A stretch of 64,000 bases of DNA from assembly GCF_009914755.1 (NCBI RefSeq), contig NC_060941.1; one strand, written 5' to 3'. A model generated the notes under the pieces. The model made no database searches. It saw only the letters and a program-made list of their open reading frames with translations, and was not told the DNA's origin. The stretch's first letter is position 1. Each line of letters starts with the position of its first letter. This DNA comes from the human T2T-CHM13v2.0 reference genome, Homo sapiens. The translations under genes and the position numbers were made by a program. Below are positions 54,180-64,000 of this stretch, one piece after another.

Positions 54180-54909
54180 CTAAGGAAACATCATGTTGTA
54201 ATCGGTGAACTTTTTTGGATCCTTATTGAATAAAAATGCCTATGAAAGACATTTTGGGGGCAGTGGTGAAATTTGAATTCAGACTTGGTATTAGATGATA
54301 CAAGGGAATTGTTTATTTTTCCTTGGTGTGTTAATTGTATTGAAGTTACATTAGAGAAAATTCTTTTAAGAGATGCCAAGGCACATGGGGTGAAGTATTC
54401 TATTTATAATTTACTTTGAAAAGATTTCAACCAAAATAAAATTACTTTGAGTAGGTAGTGTCTGTTTTGGTCAGTCTGCACAAAAGCAAGTGTGATGGCT
54501 CACCCAGGAATTTACTTAAATGTCAAGACAGATGACACAATGCACTCATCAATCAATATGAATTAAGTCGATTCTGTAATTGTAGAACTCACAGCAAACT
54601 GGGGATTCCCAGGGAAGGGCTCGTTTGGTGAACAAGAGAGCAAGCAGGAATGGGAGGACTGGTAAGGATGGCAGGGGGATTGAACTTTAATTGTGATTAT
54701 GGGGTCAGAGATGGAACCATCCTCTTTATTAAACTATCTATAGACAGATGTAGCAAATATGATGAAACGTTAACAGTTGTTAAATCTAGGTGGTGTGTAT
54801 GTAAGGTGTTCATTATTTTTGTTCTGTGTGTGTGTTTGAAAATTTTCATAATAGAAAATGTTTACAGGTAAAATTAAAGTTTAGAATAATGTGATTATTT
54901 CTATTTTAG

Positions 54910-55100
54910 CAACCAAAGGACACAATGAGATTAGATGAAACGATGCTGGTCAAACAGTTGCTGCCAGAAATCTGCCATTTTCTTCACACCTGTCGTGAAG
55001 GAAACCAGCATGCAGCTGAACTTCGGAATTCTGCCTCTGGGGTTTTATTTTCTCTCAGCTGCAACAACTTCAATGCAGTCTTTAGTCGCATTTCTACCAG
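54910..55100 (+). CDS. NF1: neurofibromin exon 4 (legacy 4a; 191 nt, phase 0/2)
   Basis: tttctattttAG acceptor; reads QPKDTMRLDETMLVKQLLPEICHFLHTCREGNQHAAELRNSASGVLFSLSCNNFNAVFSRIST(R); donor CAG|GTTAGT. Overlaps ORF 54925..55131. Confidence 0.98.
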
Positions 55101-55719
55101 GTTAGTGTGTAAATCCACATGGGACTACTGAAGTAATATGAATATTAGAAGTTTTGTTTTTTGTCTACATAAAAATAAAAAGTTAATGGAAATGAGGTTT
55201 TTTTGTTTTTGAGACAAGTTCTTTTGCCCCTCACAGCAGCTTTGACCTCCCAGGCTTAGGTGATCCTCCTACCTCAGCCTCCAGAGAAATGAGTTTGTCT
55301 GGGCTTGCGTAGAAATTTTATGCATTAATATCTTTGACATTTTAATTGCGTAATATTGTGATATTGATATGTGCAATTAAATAAGAGCACTGTTATGAAT
55401 GTGAAAGTCTAAATTTCAGATAAAAATATCTGCCGTGAGCAGGCTTTAAAAAACAATACTAGGTATGAACTTTTGGTTTGGCTTTTTAAACATATTATCC
55501 CTTTAAATGAAACTACCCAATTAGATGGAATAATTAATGAGAGTAGTCAGAATTCAAATACTTTCACAACTCTACCCTTTATCACAAGATTTTAGGTTAC
55601 CAAAAAACAAAACAAAAACAAAAACAAAAAAACCTAAGTGATGTGAAAACACAAGGAGGTGAATAATTGCAAAGTAGAATTCTCCAGAAAGTGGACTGCA
55701 TTTTAAATGTATGTAAAAT

Positions 55720-55900
55720 ACTGCCATTTATTGAGTATTTATAGCATTTCCTTTGCTGTCTCATCCTCACAGTAACCTTGATGATACTTCCCTCATTTTA
55801 CAGGTGAGCAAACTAATACTCAAAAAAGTTCAGGTGATGTGCCAAATAATGGAGGACCCAAAATTTCTAAGTCAGGCTGGCTTCAGAATTTATATTAGTT
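55720..55900. mobile_element. MIR hosting the 31-nt cryptic exon
   Basis: catcctcacagtaacc...cattttacaggtgagcaaact resembles the MIR core cctcacaacaacc...cattttacagatgaggaaact. Confidence 0.65.
55773..55803 (+). other. NF1: 31-nt cryptic/poison exon in intron 4, MIR-derived (probably the reported cold-induced NF1 exon 4a-2)
   Basis: Strong acceptor tttcctttgctgtctcatcctcacAG and strong donor CAG|GTGAGC, exactly 31 nt apart. Inclusion frameshifts to a TGA in exon 5. Confidence 0.75.
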
Positions 55901-57411
55901 TCACTATACCAGATTGCTTCCCTATCTATTTTAGCCACATTTTGATGAAATCTGTTTTATAAAATATACTTCTGTTTTTAAAGATGTATCAAAAATATAA
56001 TTTAAGCTTTTATTGATGACTCAAAATCATCCTGAGCATTAGTTGTGATATGCTACCTACAGGTGGAGAAATTAGTATAGGTAGTGCTCTATGGGATAGA
56101 ATTATAAGTGACAGTAGCAAGTAGCTGCAAATTGTTGTTATGCACATGATTTGCCTTTCTAAGGCAAGTAAAGTCAGATGGGTTATTAACTTAATTAGAA
56201 ACTATAGCACAAATTATTTAGTGATTCGTGAATCGAAGACTAATACCGAATAGAGAAAAACAATCCTCTTTGTTGGTGCCTGCATCTTTGGCTCGTCAGT
56301 GTTGTACGAACAGTGGACTTTGATTATTCAGATTTACTGATTCCTTTGTTGTTTTCCAGCAGGTGTGAAAGACAACATACATCACCATTTGAGAATTTGT
56401 GTTACGGTTTTTTGGGGGAATTGATTAACTTCAGAGTCCTGCAATCTTTTTAATCAACAATGACATTTCTATAATTAAGATCCTAGGCAGCAATATTTTT
56501 CAACCTCAATGCAATTCTTGATCCAAAGAAAATTAAAGTTTTATTTAATGGTATATTATTGATAATCTTGGGTAATATTTACATGATAGAAAAATGTTTT
56601 CATGAAATCTTTTGAGCAGTAACGTTTTATATTATGAATAATAATACAGTGGTTGAGTCAGCAAGGTAACAAACACCTAGAGAGTAGGAGGGTGGAAAAT
56701 TGTATTTAATAAAAAACGCAAACCCTTTTCATTTAGGTGACTGCTAGGCCGGCCTTACTATTTGAAACACCTGTTAAATTAAAGGTAGAAAGTGGTACAA
56801 AAAAACCCAAATGTCTTGTAGTCTATCAATGCATGAACTGCCTTATAGAACACAACAAATGTGCCACCTTGGAAAATTCTAGAAAATTTCTAGTCACCAA
56901 AGGTTTTACTTTATGGGATTTTGCAGCATTAGCACATGTAAAAATAAGCAACTTTTGTTTATTTCCTGAATCTAGTTCACTGTTGCCAGAATAGAAACCA
57001 AGTGTCTAAAATTTTATTAGCTTTCAGAGGACAGACCACTCAGAAATGGCATCTGTGAAATAACATTGTTTCAGACAACTGCATTTTCAGTTCCATTTAG
57101 CTTGTGTCAGAAATAGGAGCTGATCTTATTGAAGGATCACTCACCTAAAAGACCATTATGATGGTTTAGTTTAGGTTGGAACATCTTATGCTGTCATCGT
57201 CATAGTATTAGGTGACTTAAAATATGTGTGTGGCTTGAATGGTAGTTCTTTCTAAAGATTGATCTTATGTTTTATATATAATAGATGAATCAGTATCATG
57301 AAGATGTTTCGTGTTTGTCCATTCTCCCCGTCAATGTTTCTCCTTTAAGATTAAGATTTGGTTTTTATATTTCTGACCTTTACTTTTCTTTAGGGGAAGA
57401 TAGGCTATAGA

Positions 57412-57728
<317 letters not shown>

Positions 57729-60700
57729 TAAGATAGCTTTATTTTTCTCTGGGAGTATACCATTTTCTGTGGCTTATAGTATTTATGTAGCGGAGTAACT
57801 GCTTTCTCCACAGAATTACTCCACAAATGCAGTTGATCTAGTTGTTTTGTAGTGAGAAGGTGCTTCAGAATATCTCATTTGATATACCACCAGAAGCAGA
57901 AAACTCAATGACTTTAAAAGTCATTTGGTTCTTTACAGTTTACTATTTGGTTCCATACAAATCTGTTCGTTATGGTTTCTTACTCTTTTTTTAAAAATAG
58001 TTTTCAGTTTTTTTATATGTCTCTGATCATTTAAAACGTATTTTACGTTCTCTTTAGTATTGTTTAATATTGATTTGTTTGTGCTGATTCATTCATAGTG
58101 AATTGTTTCATCTCAGTTTTGGAATCCTTGATTGCAAAGTTATCTTTAGTGTGGCCTGTATTTTCTTTGAGAATCCTTGTAGCCTTGGGCTGAGGGAGTG
58201 TTCTAGTGATGGTTTTGCATTTGCATTTGCCAGGTGCCCAGTTCTGGAGCTATTTTTTTCTTAATTTCTCAGTCCCAGCCTGTATGGGCAGTATAAATTT
58301 GAACCCTAAACTCTTAGAAGGTAAACAGCTCTAGGTGACTTTTTTCACTTTATCCAAAGTTTAGGCAGAGCAGTTAAGCTTCTTTGTGCTGGTAGGTTTT
58401 TTTCTTTTTTTCTTTTTGTGGGGAGTGGGGGCGGCAGGGGGAGTGCATTGTTCTTTCTAGTTCATGTTTTATGCAGGGCCCAAGTTAGAATCCTGAATTA
58501 TTAGGGTACAAGGCGTTTATATCCAGTCTCCATGTGGATGTTAAGCCCCAAGCTCCTAGGTTAAGGAGATCAAAAACCTCACTCATCTTTCCTTTGTTGC
58601 AGGGCTGGGTCATGTACTTGTGCACTTAACTCTCTGGTTTTCAGTTTTCTTCTTCTTTTCTGGACCTATACATTTAAAATATCTTTCAGTATGCCTAGTC
58701 TTTCTAGCTGTTTTAGTGATAGGTTTTCTACTGTTCATTTCTTTTGCTCAGACTACGCTTTATTTGATTTCTCTGCTTCGGAAATGATGTTTAACCTTCA
58801 CAAAATACCTGCTCTCTATAAGGGTACCAGACTATAAAAGGGACAAAATTTTTCTCCCATTTTTCACAAACAACCACAAGAGTCAACTTTTCAGAAGTTG
58901 GTATTGCTGATCTATGATGTTGTGTTTTCTGAGGAGCCGTACTCCATATTTCTACGCTCTTTGCAGCAGCTGTGGAATTTTTAGCATTGAGGACAACCTC
59001 ATTCCCAGCTTGAAATGCTGAGCTTTTCTTACCCTGATGATAGGAAGAGAGTTCATGTAAGTGCTTAGAATAGTTGTACTGTTAGCTGTAGTCTAATTAA
59101 AGCTAAAGTGAGTGAAACGAGAATTTGAGAAGGAAGAATAGGATTGATTACATTCTTATCAACTGAAGGTTTAGTGTGATGATTAATAACTCCTTTGCAA
59201 ATTGCACTAAATGATTGAAATTCAAGTTAATACATATAAATTATAAGACCATATAGTATTTGTGCCTTTTCACCATATCTCTATTGCTGCATTTATAAAA
59301 GTTTACAATTTAATTGTGCTGCTTATATTTTTTATGTCTATTAATATGAATAATGAGTATGCCTCATTAGGTAGCATGATTTAATAGATTAGCAATACGA
59401 ACTTTTGAAAATCTGAGTGCTGTGGTTGTTGGTGTAAAATGGAAGAAAAGTTTAATGCCTTTTATTAACATTTAGGCTAAGTGAATTTCTTTTATCAGTT
59501 TAAAAATATCTACATATTTGTTAAGTGTTAAATGTTTCTACGTTTGTGATAACTTCATATTCAACATAGGAGAAGCTGGGGTTTAAACAGATATTCCTGT
59601 CCTTATAAGCTTATGTTCTGTGAAGTAGGGATATTAAGCAAATAATTACATAAATACATGTACAAACTGTGAAAAGTGCAATGAAAAAAGGCTTACTCGG
59701 TTTTCAAATACAAAGTAAATGTACCCTGTGAATATAAAGTTTCATTCGTGTTTCAAAAATCTAGTTGATAAAAGTAGAAGTTAGTAAAATCAAGTTTACT
59801 TATTATAGTTTTAGTCTTAATTCAAATTATACTTTTACTTGTAATTGGAAATATGAATTTTTAAAACTATTCATTGTGGAAAAATGGAAAAATACACATA
59901 GAATAGTACTTCAAATCCCCATGCATCTCTTACTCTGCTTTAACTGTTTCTGGCATGCTATGGTTTCTCTTCTTCCCTTTTCAGTAATTTAAAGCAAACC
60001 CCAGACATCATTTCACCTGTAAATATTTCAGTATATATCTCTAATAGATAGATTTTTAAGCATTTAACTATAATATTGTCATACCTATCAAGAATCATAA
60101 TTCCTTAATATCATGCATTGCCAAATTTGTGGGTTTTTTCATTATCTCAGAAATGGCTTTTTTGTTTTGTTCAAATTAAGATACAAATAGGATGCGTACT
60201 TTGGAATTGGTTGATATTTCTCCTGAGCCTCTGTTAATCAGTATCATTTCTTCATTTCTTCACCTTGCTCTCCATTTTTTCCCATGCTGTTTATTTGTTG
60301 GACTGCGTTATTTGCCTTTCTACATTCTGTATTTGGGTTTCATTGGATTCACGTTCATTTGGCTGGGGGGGGACAAGAATACTTTACTGATGATGCTATG
60401 TGGTTCCTAATGAATCACATCAGGAAACATGTCCTATTATTGACTTTTAATGTTATGATCAGTGATTGGATTTCGATGTTATCAGCATTATGTATTCATT
60501 ATACAGTTTCCCATAAATTTTTCCTAATGTTTTTAGTAATCACTGATGATCACTGCCTGGATTCCACTTCATTGGGGGCTGCAAAATGAAACGTTTTCTA
60601 TTCTGTCATTCATTCTTTATTTTAAAATTGTGACTTCTATGAAAGATTTTTGCTTCATTGTGTGTTTAGTTATCTTGCAATACAGTCCATGTAGGGAATG

Positions 60701-61264
60701 CAGGATACAGACTTGACTTCCATTATTCGTTATCAGAATGAGTTGGTACCCTAACAGTTGCGAAAGGTTACCCATGAAGTTTTTTCTTTCAATATTATAA
60801 CAGGCTTGTGTGTTTTAATTTATTGTATGTGTTTCCATTGTAGACATAATTCTTTTGATCCTCAGATTATCCCATTTTTGACAGTTGAGATGCCTAAAGT
60901 GCATACCTGTGTGATATTTGACATGGTTCTGATAGTTGTTGATAGTTTCCTGTTTTCAAGCCCAAGGTGACCTGCCCTCACCTTGTATATCTCTTGCCCC
61001 CATCCTGGAATTAACTAATTTTCCCAAAGAACCCTGGCCGAAAGTCGGAAATATTTAGACACCTCAATCTTAAGGATAAGGATGCTACGATGCTACGTTT
61101 ACTGAATTATCATGGTTTCTTTTATCATATCCCTTGTTTGTTATGTTCCTTTAGGTTTTTATAAGAAATATTTATTGCCTTATTTTTATATGTGTCTTTA
61201 CTCTTATGAACTCATCTTTGGGGGAAGAATCTGTTGAATTCAGAATTTAGGGATACCCGAAGAC

Positions 61265-61570
61265 TTTTTTTGTTTTTGTTTTTTTTAAGAGATAGGGCCC
61301 ACTCTGTTACTCAGGCTGAAGTACAGTGGTGTGATCACAGCTCATTGCAGCTTCAAACTTCTAGGCTCAAGAGATCCTCCTCCCTTAGCCTCCTGAGTAG
61401 CTGGGCCTATAGGTGTGTGCCATCATGCCCAGCTAATTTTTGTATTTTTTTTAGAGATGATGTCTTGCTATGTTGCCCAGGCTGGTCTTGAACTCCTGGC
61501 CTCAAGTGGTCCTCCTGCCTTAGCTTCCTGAAGTGCTGGGATTACAGGTGTGAGATACCACACCTGTCCC
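61265..61570 (-). mobile_element. AluJ ending ~45 nt upstream of exon 5
   Basis: Diverged dimer. Confidence 0.88.
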
Positions 61571-61614
61571 CTAATACTTAATTTGATAAGTTAATTTTGG
61601 TTTTTACTTTTTAG

Positions 61615-61721
61615 GTTACAGGAATTAACTGTTTGTTCAGAAGACAATGTTGATGTTCATGATATAGAATTGTTACAGTATATCAATGTGGATTGTGCAA
61701 AATTAAAACGACTCCTGAAGG
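61615..61721 (+). CDS. NF1: neurofibromin exon 5 (legacy 4b; 107 nt, phase 2/1)
   Basis: tttttactttttAG acceptor; reads (R)LQELTVCSEDNVDVHDIELLQYINVDCAKLKRLLK; donor AGG|GTAAGT. Confidence 0.98.
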
Positions 61722-62367
61722 GTAAGTTTAAATGTATAATATATCTGAAAAAAATCACTGGGTCAAAAACTAGTATCATGAATGTACTAATTATATTAAT
61801 TGTGCTGAACTAGAACACCAAACTGGATTTTATAATGACATTTCCTTGTGAAATAACCAGTAATACAAATGGGTAATTATTTTTCAATCTTTGAAAATAA
61901 TGCAGTAGAGAAAATGAGCATTTTAAATCTTGGCAATGGAAAGTTTTGCTTAACTACAATTTTTGTTTTCAATACAGAGAATGCAAGGGTGCTATTATTT
62001 CATTTTTCTGGAATTTGATCTCTCAAGGGTGGCTATAGGTTATAGAAGCTATCTGTTTAGCTATTGTAGCACTTTACAAAGATTGTCTGTAGTAGGATAT
62101 CAAAGTTTTATTGCAGAATGGAACGAGGAGATTGTGATGTTATGGTGAGAGGATGAATTGAGCCAGAGATTTCATTTCTGACATTTCTGTTTTCAGCTCT
62201 CTACTGACTGACTTTATAGCATTACAAAGTCCCTTAACCTTCCATTGCCGGTTTTGTCTCCTTGTAGAACATGTCAGTAGTAGTTCCACATGGGGATATT
62301 ATAACACCTAATATGTGACTTTAAAGCTTGGGAAGTACTTTACATGATTATGTGGATTGAAATAAAC

Positions 62368-62543
62368 GATCAGAAGGAATTGAGATATGTTCTGTAGTAA
62401 GCAGTGATGTGTTAATGTAAATCAGATACCAATGAGTATTCATAAACTGAGTATGATCTGAAGGAATTGAGATAAATTCTGTGGTAAGCAGTGATGTATT
62501 CATGTAAATCAGATATCAATGAATATTCATAAACTGAGTATGA
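62368..62543. repeat. 87-bp tandem duplication (2 copies, ~91% identical)
   Basis: Units start at 62368 (gatcagaaggaattgag) and 62455 (gatctgaaggaattgag). Confidence 0.92.
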
Positions 62544-63790
62544 ATATCTAAATTTCATTTTACAAAAAAATGTTTTTTAGTTTTTGGCATTATTAGACCC
62601 TGGCTAATTTAGATATGAAACCGTATACAGTTCACACATATTTTTATTTGTAACTTAAGGAATTGTCAAACAATAATATTTTTAATATCTGACCTAAAAC
62701 AGATTGAATTATATTAGCTTCAGAAACATCAGTTCTGCAATGTAGTTTTCAAAATACGTGTTTTTGTTTTCTTAATATTTCCTTTAAACTCAATAACTAT
62801 CTCACCAGAGATGTAAAAAGGCAATACCTATATAAAGGAATAATATAAAGCTGTGTTCTATTCATATTACCCTTGTTCATAATTTATGATTTTAGGTCAT
62901 TACCATTGTGAAACCAAGCAACAATTAATTCAGTAACTTTAATAAAGGAAAATATAGGGGTGATTTTAGCTGTTATGCCAAGATACAAACATGTGGACAG
63001 CAATTATTTTAGATTATAATAAACCACCATTGAATTAATAGTTGAGATTTGCAAGATTTTGATATCTATTATTAAGCGTTGAGCAGTTGAGACACTGAAT
63101 GGTAAAATTTAGAGATCTCTATGAATTAAAGTTAAGAAGTATTAGTGGGATTTTATGATTTTTCATAACTATTCAGTGATGTTTTGGAAACAAGTCTAGT
63201 CCAGGTTGCCTGTGAATAGCTGTTTAAAACAATAGAAATGTTCAATCCGTAATAATTAACTGAAATGTCTCTTCTGTCCAAATAAGAGAAACTAATTGAA
63301 TGTGTGGATAAATGACTTTCTTTTATACTGAAGTAACTTTCCCATTGAATGCGGCTCCCTCATGAACATAAATTTAGAGTATATGCTGATAAATATATAA
63401 AGTATAAAACCGATATTAAATAGGCCAGCAAAATATGGCTCTTGGTGACAGTGGTAAAAGGAATGCACCCTTTCAGTAATGAGTAGTAAAGGTAGTAATG
63501 TGTTTTAAATACAACTCAACAAGCCTTTGTTGAGAAACTATGTATAAGAAGCCATGCTAAGTGCTGGGATTACAAAAATTAATAAAATATGGAATCTGTC
63601 CCTAAGGAGCTCATGGCATGGTTTATGAGACAAGTGATGTCATTATCAAGTTATTTGCAGAAAAAAACTATGATAAACTCAAATAGGGTGAGTGTAAAGT
63701 GAGAGAGGAAGTATATATTTGTTTGAGGGGATGAGAGATGAGCAAGATGTGAAGGTACAAGAATAGGTCAGATCATTTTAATAAAAATAT

Positions 63791-64000
63791 GGCCAGGCCT
63801 GGTGGCTCACACATGTAATCCCCACACTTTGGGGAAGCCGAGGCAGGAGGATTGCTTGAGCCAGGGCAACATAGAGAGACCCCCATATATACAAAAAAAA
63901 ATTAGCTGGGTGTGCTGACACGCACCTGTAGTCCCAGCTACTTGGGAGGCTGAGGTGGGAGGATCACTTGAGCCCAGGAAGAGGTTGAGGTTGCAGTAAG
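63791..64000 (+). mobile_element. AluJ, cut by window end
   Basis: ggccaggcctggtggctcac... Confidence 0.88.

Noticed and set aside
60936-61320. Other 31-nt AG..GT windows (60936-60966, 61290-61320) as the cold-shock exon
   Set aside because: Much weaker splice sites than 55773-55803.

Overview
Primate, almost certainly human, genomic DNA from the 5' part of NF1 (neurofibromin), transcribed on the + strand. The window holds the distal ~47.7 kb of intron 1, intact coding exons 2-5 (47705-47848, 50733-50816, 54910-55100, 61615-61721; all AG/GT bounded, one continuous frame LPIKTGQQ...KLKRLLK) and the start of intron 5. The rest is intronic and dominated by transposon relics: about 49 Alu copies or fragments (about three-quarters antisense to NF1), L1s of several ages, an ERVL integrase remnant, MaLR LTRs, MER/Tigger DNA transposons, MIR and L2. 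Almost all six-frame ORFs are Alu or L1 artefacts. The most unusual structure is an ~820 bp, ~97% identical inverted duplication (9267-10092 versus 12449-13271). It copies an L1's own 3' end, poly(A), target-site duplication (TSD) and flank back into the body of the same L1. The introns also carry several latent or poison exons, including a MIR-derived 31-nt exon in intron 4. I found no new protein-coding system. Repeat family names were recognised by eye and their boundaries are approximate.
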